Numbered from the stretch's first letter, positions 1-10,894 are shown. The stretch: 64,000 nt of DNA from Candidatus Helarchaeota archaeon (GCA_019058315.1 JAHPZH010000003.1:620451-684450), one strand, 5' to 3'. Notes: generated from the letters alone by a model not told the origin. Program-made: numbers and translations.

Positions 1-2133
1 GGACACAGACCCCTCTTGACTATTGGAGAAGAGGTATTGGATTATTATAGGTTTAATTATATAACAAAAGATGTAGGTTACAACTCATATGGAACACCTG
101 TATGCGTATTAGCTTATGATTCAAGGATCCACACAGATAAACCACTTCAAGAATTCAAGGAAATCGCAAAACAAATGTCCAATTTTGCATCCTATGTCTA
201 TTTTGATTATGCTAACGTAAAACAAGAGATTTCTACAAACACAGAATTTGAACCATTATTAGAACCTAGACTCTGGATTAGGGACAAAAGCTTGGGTATT
301 GATAAAAATTTCAAATTTTCTCCCTCAGCCATGGCAAATTTTCTTTCGGGAGTTCGAAGGAAATTGCGAAATAAAGATGCTCCAGACCCTTCTTTTGATG
401 AAAGTGTAAATGGTGAGGTTCATGAATTTGAACAAGTGGAAGAGGATGATCAATTATCTCCCGAGGATTTGGAACATATTAATATTGATGCAGATCTCCC
501 CGAAAGCGTAAAACAAGCTGCTAGAGTCTATGAGACTGAAGAACACACCGAACCTGTTGATGCTGTAATGCAGGAATTAGAAGAATTTGAAAAAGACGCT
601 AGATTAGATAATTCTTTAATAGACCAAGAAATAGTCGTCCGTCACGAGACCCCATTTTTACAAAAAGAACTTTTCAAAACTGCAAAAAATAAAGGAAATG
701 GAATTATTATAGACTCAAATAACTTTCTACATTCATTTTTACCAGAAATAAATATAATTAAGAAGGATTATGGATATATTCCCGATTATTATTTAATGCA
801 TGTCTTTGATTTCTTATATAGAAAATTGGATGAATGGGGTTTTGGCCCTATAATCTTCTATACCGACCCTGATTTCTACATATATTTATTACCAGAACCC
901 CAAAAAAGCAGAAAAATTGCTCATTTTAAAACAAAAGAAAAGTATCTATATTATCAAGCTTCAACAGAAGAGTCAAATTATTTCGAACATCAGCGCAAAT
1001 TGGGTCTTTTTAGGCAAGTTGAAAAAGGTGGGGATACAGACATGGAGATTTTGGTTGAAGGTTCCACTCATGATTATAAAATTTTAACTAACGACCAATT
1101 TAACCAGTCCAGATACGACCAATTTTGGGAATATGTCGCAAGTAACAGGCTTACATTCAAAATTGACAAATCTGCAATGACCATTTATGATTCAAAAAAT
1201 AATCAAATGGGAGAGCCATTATTTCTTATCAAACTTCCCGGAGATATTAAGGAAAAAGTATCTTCAATAGTTAAGACTAAGGCAGACATTCATCCACAGA
1301 TAAGAAGATTGACATCAGAAAATGCGAAAGAAATAACAAACGGTCTTGCAAAGGGGTATAGAGCTAATATTCTTGAAAAGCTCTCTATACACCCGATGAA
1401 CACATTGGAATTACAAAAATCCATTAATGGAAAAAATGAAGTAATCTCAATAGCAATTAAGGCATTAGCTGATGAAAATAAAATTGTCAGAATCGGATCA
1501 AAGTGGACAATAAACACATCAACCAGTTTACCACATCATGAGATAAGTAATTTTGAGACTTCAGTAATCGAAATCGTTTTTGGAGCATTTCATGCAAAAA
1601 TTGGACCGATTATTTTGTTTCCAACATGTAGCGAATGTTTAGACAAGTTCAATAAGGATAAGAACACAATTGATAGTATTTCCGAATTTGATTTACGACA
1701 CCATTTGAAATTGACTAATTGTAAATGCCCATTACCTAAAACAGGAATCCCTCGAGATGTAGTTAGAACACAACATTTAAACATCACGCTAAATTCTAAA
1801 GGGTTCCAAACTAGTGAGGGAGAGCATACCTTTCTATCATATAGATGGAGTAAAAAGGTAACCGACTCAGCAAGACAAGAATTAAGCTGGGCTATCTTGA
1901 TATATGTAAATCCAAAAAATCCAGTTTATAATATTGAAAGGGAGTTAATTAGAGATTTCTTATGGAGTTATGATTTTAACATAGATGAGGGCATAAGAAG
2001 TTTAGTCGAGCAAGGATTTAAGGGGGCAGAACTTGACGAGAAATTTTATGATCTAATGTACGAATATTTGATGAATTTCATTGATGATCTTACAAAAAGA
2101 ATTCATCACACATTAAATGAGTTAAAGGAGTGA
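1..2133 (+). CDS. 5'-truncated multidomain protein: acidic linker, winged-helix-like segment and C-terminal longin/uDENN-like domain
   Basis: Frame is open from base 1 (GGA CAC AGA CCC CTC TTG), so the TTG at 16 is probably not the start. wHTH-like RANILEKLSIHPMNTLELQKSI...IAIKALADENKIVRIG. IVFGAFHAKIGPIILFP resembles the first strands of longin/uDENN domains. Confidence 0.55.
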   Translation, partial: GHRPLLTIGEEVLDYYRFNYITKDVGYNSYGTPVCVLAYDSRIHTDKPLQEFKEIAKQMSNFASYVYFDYANVKQEISTNTEFEPLLEPRLWIRDKSLGIDKNFKFSPSAMANFLSGVRRKLRNKDAPDPSFDESVNGEVHEFEQVEEDDQLSPEDLEHINIDADLPESVKQAARVYETEEHTEPVDAVMQELEEFEKDARLDNSLIDQEIVVRHETPFLQKELFKTAKNKGNGIIIDSNNFLHSFLPEINIIKKDYGYIPDYYLMHVFDFLYRKLDEWGFGPIIFYTDPDFYIYLLPEPQKSRKIAHFKTKEKYLYYQASTEESNYFEHQRKLGLFRQVEKGGDTDMEILVEGSTHDYKILTNDQFNQSRYDQFWEYVASNRLTFKIDKSAMTIYDSKNNQMGEPLFLIKLPGDIKEKVSSIVKTKADIHPQIRRLTSENAKEITNGLAKGYRANILEKLSIHPMNTLELQKSINGKNEVISIAIKALADENKIVRIGSKWTINTSTSLPHHEISNFETSVIEIVFGAFHAKIGPIILFPTCSECLDKFNKDKNTIDSISEFDLRHHLKLTNCKCPLPKTGIPRDVVRTQHLNITLNSKGFQTSEGEHTFLSYRWSKKVTDSARQELSWAILIYVNPKNPVYNIERELIRDFLWSYDFNIDEGIRSLVEQGFKGAELDEKFYDLMYEYLMNFIDDLTKRIHHTLNELKE

Positions 2134-2139
2134 GTTAAT

Positions 2140-3204
2140 ATGAGCACAAATACGGACTATAAGTTGATTATATGTGGAATCTCAGGAGTTGGCAAGACCA
2201 GCATAGAACGCCATTTCTTTCATGGGAGAACCTATAATGAAATTGAAAATATGAATTTGGGACCTACTAAAGATGTTTTTTATTTTACTGAAAAACCCTT
2301 CAAACTCGGTTCTATGACAATACGTGCAGTTGATACAGGAGGCCAAAAATTGCTCCGTAAAAAACTTCATGGAGAAATGGAAGATTTATGCTGGATTGGG
2401 ACAGATGCATGTATTTACGTTATAGATATGGCTAGTGACATTATCAAATACGAAGAAATGTTACTTGAAAATGAAACATTGCCAGATAATTTTATTTGGA
2501 AACGGTTGGATGAGGCAAAAGAAGAACTAAAAAAAGTCCTTAATTCGTTAGTTAAATTCACTGTCCCTACTTCTAAGGTTAGGTTGATCATCCTACTTCA
2601 TAAATGGGATATATTGAAAGATTTTCCAAGAGATGTACAAGAAGAATGGCGACAGTGGTTACAAGACGAATTGGCGAAAATTGAAGATGAATGCCAATTT
2701 AACATACTTAATGGGAATAATGGTAGTAAAATTGAATTCTTAGGCTTTCACACCACTTCAATAATGGATAATAGTTGTAAGGCTGCTATTCGTAAAATTT
2801 TACCCCCACAAGAACAGTTGAAAAGGATACTAAGAGGATTTGTCGATAATTGTAAGGACCTTAAAGCAGACCAGGTCTACATAGCAGCTTTAAACGAGGA
2901 CGGTCTGGAAATTGAAAGCATACAATTTCCATCTATGATGGATACAGAACATTATTATGAAAATATCATAAGGTATTGTGTCCCTACTCTAAATCTACAG
3001 GAAAAATTTAAGTCAAATAGCATCATATCACTCTGTTTATTGAAAGAACCAGACCTACTATTGGCAGTTCAGCCCATATCAAAGGAAATTTCTGTTGTTG
3101 TTGTCACCGACATAACAGATTTAAATAAACTCAGAATTGTCATGGAGAGACTTAATGAAACACTTCGACATGTAAATAACATCATCAATATTTATTTTCA
3201 ATAG
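2140..3204 (+). CDS. Rag/Gtr-like small GTPase with C-terminal roadblock/longin-like domain
   Basis: G1 GISGVGKTS, G2 LGPTKDV, G3 DTGGQ, G4 LLHKWD, G5 TTSIMD (HKxD and TSI are typical of Rag-type GTPases). About 130-aa alpha/beta C-terminal domain. Confidence 0.8.
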   Translation: MSTNTDYKLIICGISGVGKTSIERHFFHGRTYNEIENMNLGPTKDVFYFTEKPFKLGSMTIRAVDTGGQKLLRKKLHGEMEDLCWIGTDACIYVIDMASDIIKYEEMLLENETLPDNFIWKRLDEAKEELKKVLNSLVKFTVPTSKVRLIILLHKWDILKDFPRDVQEEWRQWLQDELAKIEDECQFNILNGNNGSKIEFLGFHTTSIMDNSCKAAIRKILPPQEQLKRILRGFVDNCKDLKADQVYIAALNEDGLEIESIQFPSMMDTEHYYENIIRYCVPTLNLQEKFKSNSIISLCLLKEPDLLLAVQPISKEISVVVVTDITDLNKLRIVMERLNETLRHVNNIINIYFQ

Positions 3205-3236
3205 AGGATGAAGGTTATATTACTGGGGATAATTAA

Positions 3237-5210
3237 ATGACTAGTGTTTTTTCTAAATTACCTTTTGAAGTGGAAAAATTCTTCCCCTTTGAAAAACTAA
3301 GACCTGGACAATCAATGTTGGCTAAAGAAATTTATTATAGTGTCCTTTCTAGAAAAAATGTGGTCATTGAAGCATCAAATGGTCTGGGCAAGACAATTAC
3401 TTCATTAATAGCCCTCCTTCCGATAGTGGAAAAGGAAAATAAAACTTTAATCTACTGCACTAGAACACATAGCCAAATGGAAAGGGTGCTGGAAGAACTT
3501 AATCGCATTCGTCAAGTAAAAAAATGGAAAATTACGGGAGTAAGTTTACAAGGCAGAACCGAAATGTGCATTAATCCCCAAATTCAATTAGCAGCTTTAA
3601 ATACCGCTGATGCCATGAATCTTTGTTCCACACTTCGTAAAAATAAGAATTGTCCTTGGTTTGAAAATTTGAAAAATAGCTCTGTATTGATCAATAAATT
3701 ACGGGGGTTTCCAATTTCCGCAGCACAAATGATCAATATTGGGAGAAAATTTAATATATGCCCATATTTTCTAGCACGGACTTTAATAAAACAGGCTCAT
3801 ATAGTTGTAACAACCTATTTATATATAATACATCCTGCAATACGCCAAATTTTCCTAAACGATATTGAAGTTCCCCTTTCTGAATGTATACTATTATTCG
3901 ATGAAAGCCATAATTTGCATGATCTAGTAATGCAGATGGCATCGGATTATGTTTCAAAGATCTCCTTGGAAAGAGCTTTAAGCGAATTTCATAATTACAT
4001 GTTCAGTAACGATACTGTTGAAGAATTTTTAACAAGATTCCATCGTTTACTTGAAGATAAAGGTTCATTCTATAAAGGTAATTATGGAGAAGAAGAATTT
4101 CCCGTTGGTAAAAGGGAGATTAAGGAAATTCTTAATCAATATAGTGATAATCATTTGGAACTAGCTGAATTAATAATCCAATTCGGAAAATCAGTTCGCA
4201 ATAAAAGAATGAAAGCGGGACATCCCTCAAGATCTTCCCTCTACAAATTCGGTCAGTTTCTTATCACGTTAATACAGACTATTGATGATAAAAAGTTTCT
4301 ACATGAATATGCTTACTCAGGATCTAAAAAGAAGTTAAAAATAAAATATTATATAAAATGTTTGGATGCAAGACCATTATTAAATGAATTAGCAGAAGCA
4401 AGGGCAATAGTTTGTCTTTCAGGGACACTGGAACCTATTGATGCCTATTTAGATCTATGTGGTTTTTCTAGATTTACTACTACTTCAAAAGTTCTTCCTT
4501 CACCCTTTCCAGCAAATCATCTTTTAATAATAACTGTTCAAAGTGTTGATACAAAGTATTATAACAGGACTCCAAGCAATTATAAGATGTTCAAAGAACG
4601 CTGCATAGAGGTTGTGAAAAATACCCCTAATAACACGGGTATTTTTTGTGCTTCCTACGGAGTCTTAGAGGGAGTGTTAAATGCCGGTCTATATGATGAC
4701 GTTGAGACTCTAGGGAAAGAATTATTCATTGAACAAGCGGATTTAACGAGTAAGGATAATGAGTTAATGATCCAAAATTATAAAGAAATTGGACGAAATG
4801 GAGGCAGTGCAGTGTTAGCTGGTGTGTGTGGAGGTCGAAATTCCGAAGGTGTCGACTTTCCAGGACCAGAGATGAATTCGGTTGTTATAGTGGGACTTCC
4901 ACTCGCTAAACCTACATATACATTGGAAGCATTGCAGAAATATTATCAGGAACAATTTGGAGGGGATAAAGGAAGAGAATATGGTTATTACTTGCCAGCA
5001 TTAAGAAAGTCAAACCAAGCGGCTGGTAGACCCGTTAGGAGGTTGATAGATAAGGGTGCAATTGTTTTTTTGGATGAGCGATATGCATTTCCCTATTACA
5101 AACGTTATTTATCTTGTTGGATTCGAGATTCTATGATTACAATCTTGAACCAAAAAGGAATTCTAGAAGAAGAAATAAAGAATTTTTATCAGAATAGAAA
5201 TTACTTGTAA
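3237..5210 (+). CDS. xpd: XPD/Rad3-family Fe-S 5'-3' DNA helicase
   Basis: Q motif LRPGQ, Walker A ASNGLGKT, four Fe-S Cys (MCIN, NLCS, NCPW, ICPY), DESH box, SGTL, SEGVDF, QAAGRPVR. Confidence 0.92.
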   Translation: MTSVFSKLPFEVEKFFPFEKLRPGQSMLAKEIYYSVLSRKNVVIEASNGLGKTITSLIALLPIVEKENKTLIYCTRTHSQMERVLEELNRIRQVKKWKITGVSLQGRTEMCINPQIQLAALNTADAMNLCSTLRKNKNCPWFENLKNSSVLINKLRGFPISAAQMINIGRKFNICPYFLARTLIKQAHIVVTTYLYIIHPAIRQIFLNDIEVPLSECILLFDESHNLHDLVMQMASDYVSKISLERALSEFHNYMFSNDTVEEFLTRFHRLLEDKGSFYKGNYGEEEFPVGKREIKEILNQYSDNHLELAELIIQFGKSVRNKRMKAGHPSRSSLYKFGQFLITLIQTIDDKKFLHEYAYSGSKKKLKIKYYIKCLDARPLLNELAEARAIVCLSGTLEPIDAYLDLCGFSRFTTTSKVLPSPFPANHLLIITVQSVDTKYYNRTPSNYKMFKERCIEVVKNTPNNTGIFCASYGVLEGVLNAGLYDDVETLGKELFIEQADLTSKDNELMIQNYKEIGRNGGSAVLAGVCGGRNSEGVDFPGPEMNSVVIVGLPLAKPTYTLEALQKYYQEQFGGDKGREYGYYLPALRKSNQAAGRPVRRLIDKGAIVFLDERYAFPYYKRYLSCWIRDSMITILNQKGILEEEIKNFYQNRNYL

Positions 5211-5372
5211 TACTGTAACATATTTAGTTAACCCATGGAGAATATCCTTAAGGGTAATAATCTTCAAAATTTCATGAAGACTTAGTAGATTCTTCTTTCT
5301 AATTTAAAATAAATTTTTTAACTTGTAATAGATCTTAAATCAAAAAATTTGTAAAAATATATTTTTTAAATT

Positions 5373-6542
5373 CTACTCTTTTAAAGCTCTTAAGATTAGA
5401 TCGGTAATGTCAATTACGTTCAGTGATGTATCTGTCTTTTTGGCAGCATCTTTTAAATTTTTCAAGCAAAAAGGACAGTTTGTTGTAAGAATATCAGCAT
5501 TAATCTCTTTAGCTTCTTGAATTCTATCGACTCCAATTTCTAATGCTAATTCGGGAAAACCACTTTTAACACCTCCACCTGCACCACAGCACCAAGTATT
5601 TTCCCTATTTCTTTTCATTTCGATGAGTTTTAACTTAGGAATATTTAGGAGTATATTTCTAGGAGCATCATAAATTCTAGAAGAATGACTAAGATGGCAA
5701 GGATCATGATATGTGACAATTTCATTAGTCTCATTTTCAAATTTTAATTTTCCATCTTTTAATAATTGTTCAATGAATTCTGTAATGTGTAAAATTTTAA
5801 ATGGTAATTCACCAAGTATATCAAAATAGTCATTTTTTATCGTTTTATAGCATCCAGCGCAATGTGTAATTACAATTTTAGCTCCTGCATTTTTTATAGC
5901 TTCCACATTCTGACCTGCCAGTTCTCTCGCTAAAGTTTTTTTGCCAATCCTTAGAGCAATACTTCCACAACATTTTTCATCCTCACCAAGAATTCCGAAT
6001 TCAACATTGGCTTTCTCTAATATTTTAATCACATTATCTATGATACTAGGCATTCTATAACTTCCTGTACATCCAATGAAGAAAATAATTTCGGCATTAT
6101 TTGGAATTTTTTTATCCTTTAACCAATTTATGCGTTCTATATGTTTTTCCATATACGGATTAAATTCTTTTTGACACCAATCCAATATTTCTTTATGCCT
6201 TGGTAAGATATATCCATTTTCTAACAGATCTTCTCGAAATACCTCCCATAATTTTATATGATCTAACCAATAAGAATTTGGTAAATTTATGCAAGGATCA
6301 TAACTGTTATGACAAATTTCTTTACAAGAACCACATGTAGTGCATTTGAAGAAGTTTTCTGCAATTTCTTTACTAAGCTCTAATCTACCTTCAAGTAAAC
6401 CTTCTAATACTCTAAATCTACCTCTCGCATGTGTTGGTTCAAAACCAGCAGTATGTTCATAGATTGGGCAGACACCATATCGTCCTACACTTGGACGGTA
6501 CCCAATTCTGCAGTCTCCAATACCTGAACATGAATATATCAT
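5373..6542 (-). CDS. Fe-S oxidoreductase with two CCG domains (GlcF/GlpC/HdrD-like)
   Basis: CTTCGSCKEIC ferredoxin motif, EKCCG, YHDPCHL, WCCGAGGG, CPFC. Start uncertain (see findings). Confidence 0.88.
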   Translation of the reverse strand: MIYSCSGIGDCRIGYRPSVGRYGVCPIYEHTAGFEPTHARGRFRVLEGLLEGRLELSKEIAENFFKCTTCGSCKEICHNSYDPCINLPNSYWLDHIKLWEVFREDLLENGYILPRHKEILDWCQKEFNPYMEKHIERINWLKDKKIPNNAEIIFFIGCTGSYRMPSIIDNVIKILEKANVEFGILGEDEKCCGSIALRIGKKTLARELAGQNVEAIKNAGAKIVITHCAGCYKTIKNDYFDILGELPFKILHITEFIEQLLKDGKLKFENETNEIVTYHDPCHLSHSSRIYDAPRNILLNIPKLKLIEMKRNRENTWCCGAGGGVKSGFPELALEIGVDRIQEAKEINADILTTNCPFCLKNLKDAAKKTDTSLNVIDITDLILRALKE

Positions 6543-6587
6543 TTTCTCATATTTTCTTAGATTAATTAATTTATCATTTGGAATTTT

Positions 6588-8093
6588 TTATTCACCATCC
6601 ATCCCTAATTTGTATTTACCAGGAGAAAGAATCCCTTTTGGATCTAAAGTTTGTTTAATATTCTTTAAAAATTCATAAAATTGTTCTGAAAAAGCACCTG
6701 CATTTATTAAAGCTCTTGAATATCTTAAACCTGTCATATATGGCATAAAACCATTTTTTATCAATGCCTCCGAGCAGGAATCCCACAACTCTCCATTTAA
6801 TTTCCTAAATTCAGGTTTATTCCAAACTACTAAACCCATTACAGCATCTATCATTGTGTGTTCAGACAATCCAAAGAAAGTTCCTATTGCTGGAATGGCT
6901 TTTGCGGCATTTATTTTAAGGTCATTATCTTTTACCCAATTAGACATTTCCTTTAAGAGAATCGGATATTGATGCATAGACACATACCCATCTGCAGATT
7001 GACCAACGCTTCCTGGTCCTAATGCACCCCATCCCATATGCGCAAATTGCCAATATCCATTTTTTTCATGTACCCAATTATAAAATTCATTAAAATCAAG
7101 TTCTTCAATTCCATTTTCATTTTTGGTTATTTGGGTAACAATCTTGATGTTTTCTTCTAACTGTGCTTCAGTATCGGCTATAATTGAGTATGAAATAATA
7201 GGTCGTTTCCGTGGATTAATTTCATTTAATTTTTCATAAATCGGTGGTAATTGAGGAAGAATTTTAGTCGATTGAGCAATTACCCAGGAAGAATCAAAAA
7301 ATATCGCTTGATATATTCCTAAATTACTCTTTTTACGACAATTTAAAAATATTTTAAGAGTTTTTTCTACAGGTCTTTTTTTAACAGTAAATGAATGACT
7401 AACTAAATAATTGGGTTTTTTATAAATATTCAATGATGCTTCAGTTTTGATTCCCATTATTCCATTATCGCCTAAAAAAATACCTAACAAATCGGGTCCG
7501 AAACCATGTCTACTGAACGGTTTGGTAATATACTTACTCGCTCCTGAGCCTATTTCTATAATGTCTCCTTTTTTATTTGGTAAAACAACTTTCAATCCCA
7601 CACAATTTTTTGTTACTGGACCATACATTGTACTGCCTTCACCATAACTATTATTACTTAATCCTCCACCAATAACGGCAGACATTCCGCTTTCAGGACC
7701 AATATTTCCTGTATAAAAGCCTCTTTTCATCAAAGAAGTATTCAATTGAGCCCATGTTATTCCACACTGCGCTCTAACGGTCATTATTTCTTCATTTATT
7801 TCTAAAATCTTATCCATTCTCGTTGTATCAATTACAATTCCTCCTGGATTATATGGAACGATACCCTGTAGAAGATCTGCACCTCCTCCTCGCGGAATTA
7901 TTGGAATTCTCTCATTGTATGCAATCTTGACAATTTCAGAGATCTCCTCTGAGCTTTCTGGGCGTACAACAAAATCGGGTCGATTTTCTTCCACTACAGC
8001 ATCTACACCTCTTGAATAACTTTCTCTAATGTATTCTGCATCAGTGACAAATTCAGCTCCAACAATATTTCTTAATGAGCCAAGGATATTCAT
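6588..8093 (-). CDS. FAD-linked oxidase (GlcD/D-lactate dehydrogenase-like, VAO/PCMH family)
   Basis: PDFVVRPESSEEI, IPRGGG, IGGGLSNN, GIMGIKTE, C-terminal DPKGILSPGK. Confidence 0.88.
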   Translation of the reverse strand: MNILGSLRNIVGAEFVTDAEYIRESYSRGVDAVVEENRPDFVVRPESSEEISEIVKIAYNERIPIIPRGGGADLLQGIVPYNPGGIVIDTTRMDKILEINEEIMTVRAQCGITWAQLNTSLMKRGFYTGNIGPESGMSAVIGGGLSNNSYGEGSTMYGPVTKNCVGLKVVLPNKKGDIIEIGSGASKYITKPFSRHGFGPDLLGIFLGDNGIMGIKTEASLNIYKKPNYLVSHSFTVKKRPVEKTLKIFLNCRKKSNLGIYQAIFFDSSWVIAQSTKILPQLPPIYEKLNEINPRKRPIISYSIIADTEAQLEENIKIVTQITKNENGIEELDFNEFYNWVHEKNGYWQFAHMGWGALGPGSVGQSADGYVSMHQYPILLKEMSNWVKDNDLKINAAKAIPAIGTFFGLSEHTMIDAVMGLVVWNKPEFRKLNGELWDSCSEALIKNGFMPYMTGLRYSRALINAGAFSEQFYEFLKNIKQTLDPKGILSPGKYKLGMDGE

Positions 8094-8482
8094 AATTATC
8101 TCCTATTTTTAAATTATTTTTTGTTTTATATCATCTGCTTTTTAAAAAATGATGTTATTAAATATTTCTAAAATGGTTTTTAATAAAAAGACTATAACCA
8201 GAAATATTAAGACGAACTTTTAACTTTTTGGTTCGAATCTATATTTGTAGAGAAAGGTTATCGCGGTTTTCCGACAAATTGAAATCTTCTAACTATTTTT
8301 AAACAAAATAATACTTTAATCAACATCTCCTATTTTTTTAATCTTAATCAACTGTTCAAATATTTAAATTCATCAATTAAAAACAGTTTTAAAATCTTTA
8401 ATCGGATTCTTTCTATCTCCATAACCTTTTTAAAGGGTTCATCCTACCCGATGAAAATTATAACCTTTAAATGTAGATTTGT

Positions 8483-10243
8483 ATGTCACAAATAAATAAT
8501 TCAAAATCCTCATTAAGCATACCAAATACGAAAACCATTCATTTTCTTAAAGCTGCCAATTCCTATGTTTTAAATGAAAATTTTAAAAAAGGCCAGACAA
8601 CCACACTTCCCACAAAGATAGCAAACTACTTCCTAGCAAATAAAATTGCGGAAGAAGTCATTGAAAAAAAAGTAAGAACTGACTATGAAAGAATCAAAGA
8701 TAAATTGGAAGATAAAGAAGAAGAAAATAACGAAAAACCAAGATATGTCCGACATCCTCTAATTATTGAAAACACAATTGAAGCAAGACTATACCAAGAG
8801 GTCAGTTTTGCTGAAACAGTCAAGAAAAATTCCCTTGTAATTTTACCTACAGGACTAGGCAAGACAATAATTGCCGTCTTAAGTTCAGTTTATTGGCTAT
8901 CTCAAGATAAAACCAATAAAGTAATCATGTTTGCACCCACTAGACCGTTATTGGACCAGCATTTTGAAAATTTTTCTAAGTGGCTTAATTTGATGGATAA
9001 TGAAATTGTCCAGATCACAGGAAAAACATACAAAAAAAAGCGAGCTAAAATGTTTGAGAATGCCAGAATGATATTTATGACCCCCCAAATTACCCTTGAC
9101 GATTTCGATTTAAAAGATGTGGCTTTAATGATTTTTGACGAGTGTCATCGAGCTGTAAGGAGATATAGATATGTCAGTAACGCTGAAAAATATTTTATCG
9201 AGGCAACCAATCCCCATATTCTCGGATTGACTGCAACACCTGGCACACCAAAGAAGATTCTAAGTGTCATGCGAAACCTAAAAATAAATAAAGTTAGTCT
9301 GGCCAATGAGGAAACAGACACTGTAAAACCATACACTCATCAAATATACGAGGATTATGTAAGAATTACACTCCCTCCAGAATTAATGAAACTTCGTAAC
9401 TTCATTAACAATTCGCTAAAACGGAAATTGTCTATTTTAAGCCATCATCCACTTGTCAAAAAATATGTGGAAGATAAATACAGAATCAATCCCCACGATC
9501 TTTCACGGATTGTAAAGATGCATATGGGAACCATGGTTTCAGTTAAACCTATTTTGATGCAGGTACTTAGTCTTACCTATTTATTGAATCTTGTCGAAGC
9601 TCAATCCATAAGAGCTTTGGAAAATAAGTTGATCGATCTGCAAGGGTCTAGAAATCCAATTTATCAAGAGATAAATTCCATATTGACTGACTTAAGAAGA
9701 AAAAATATAGAACATCCTAAACCTAAAATAGCATCAAATATTGTCCAAAATTACTGCAAAAACCATGAAGATTCAAGAGTTCTAGTCTTTGTTCAATATC
9801 TGGATAGTGTTGATATTGTCTTGGAGGAATTACAGGAAAAAGGACTAAAAGTAAATAAATTAGTCGGACAAAAGACCATGAGTCAGGATTTACAAAGAGA
9901 AATATTGGAAAAATTTAGAAATGGAGAGTTCCAAGTGCTAGTAGCAACCTCGGTAGCAGAAGAAGGATTGGATATAGCACAATGTGACCTAGTGGTTTTT
10001 TATGATTGTATACCCTCAGGTATTCGAACAGTTCAAAGGCGAGGTAGGACCGGGAGACGTCGTGCTGGGATGTTAATTTATCTTTATACAGAAGGTACTT
10101 GGGAGGAAAGTTTTATTTATATATCAAGAAAGCGGATTAAAGAGACAAATCATATTTTAAAGCTCATGGAACGACAGGACGATCCGCTAGATTTTTTAAG
10201 GGAGTATTTACATTCAAAAAATAAGAAAATGAATTCGTATTAA
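8483..10243 (+). CDS. hef: Hef/FANCM/Mph1-like SF2 helicase with no C-terminal ERCC4 nuclease domain
   Basis: EARLYQ, LPTGLGKT, APTRPL, DECHRA, LGLTATPG, HPK, TSVAEEGLDI, QRRGRTGR. Ends about 50 aa after motif VI. Confidence 0.88.
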   Translation: MSQINNSKSSLSIPNTKTIHFLKAANSYVLNENFKKGQTTTLPTKIANYFLANKIAEEVIEKKVRTDYERIKDKLEDKEEENNEKPRYVRHPLIIENTIEARLYQEVSFAETVKKNSLVILPTGLGKTIIAVLSSVYWLSQDKTNKVIMFAPTRPLLDQHFENFSKWLNLMDNEIVQITGKTYKKKRAKMFENARMIFMTPQITLDDFDLKDVALMIFDECHRAVRRYRYVSNAEKYFIEATNPHILGLTATPGTPKKILSVMRNLKINKVSLANEETDTVKPYTHQIYEDYVRITLPPELMKLRNFINNSLKRKLSILSHHPLVKKYVEDKYRINPHDLSRIVKMHMGTMVSVKPILMQVLSLTYLLNLVEAQSIRALENKLIDLQGSRNPIYQEINSILTDLRRKNIEHPKPKIASNIVQNYCKNHEDSRVLVFVQYLDSVDIVLEELQEKGLKVNKLVGQKTMSQDLQREILEKFRNGEFQVLVATSVAEEGLDIAQCDLVVFYDCIPSGIRTVQRRGRTGRRRAGMLIYLYTEGTWEESFIYISRKRIKETNHILKLMERQDDPLDFLREYLHSKNKKMNSY

Positions 10244-10357
10244 TTTACGTTGATAATATAGTTATCAGTATTTGCTACATAACAAAATTTCAAATTTCGA
10301 TGGTGAAAATTAAAGTAGAAATCATGAAAGACAAATTTTAAATCTTATATCTTTCAG

Positions 10358-10894
10358 ATGGTTTTACTAAAGGGTGATTGTAGAATGAAGGATTTAAAAC
10401 CAGAACGAAAAATTCAAGTTTATACGGGTGTAGTAGCTCTATTTGGTGGAATTTTTTTTACTATTGTAGGATTGGACTATCGAATATCTCCATGGAATAT
10501 ATTTCATACATACATAACAGAACCTCCTTGGCTATTATTGGGGTTAATTTATTTGTATTTTGGGTGTGTTGAAATAATTCAGTACCAATATATAAAATCT
10601 CACTATCTGCAATATCCTAGTAATGATCTATGTGATCTATGCGGTGAACATGTAGAAAAGATAAATATAAGAGGGTATTCAGGGTTCAGACTTATATTAT
10701 GCAAAAAATGTCATAAGAAAGTCTTAACGATTAATGGAATAGGTTTAGAGATCTTATTTCTTATGTTAATTCTATTACTCTTTTTTATATACCCCAGACT
10801 TGCTGATTCGTATAAAATAATTGGATTTTATATGTTTCTTGGCATTGCAGTCGGGATTCCTCCAATCATTATTTTTCTAATTCGAAGATATTAA
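10358..10894 (+). CDS. 4-TM membrane protein with central CxxC...CxxC zinc ribbon
   Basis: Four hydrophobic segments flanking CDLC...CKKC. Confidence 0.7.
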   Translation: MVLLKGDCRMKDLKPERKIQVYTGVVALFGGIFFTIVGLDYRISPWNIFHTYITEPPWLLLGLIYLYFGCVEIIQYQYIKSHYLQYPSNDLCDLCGEHVEKINIRGYSGFRLILCKKCHKKVLTINGIGLEILFLMLILLLFFIYPRLADSYKIIGFYMFLGIAVGIPPIIIFLIRRY

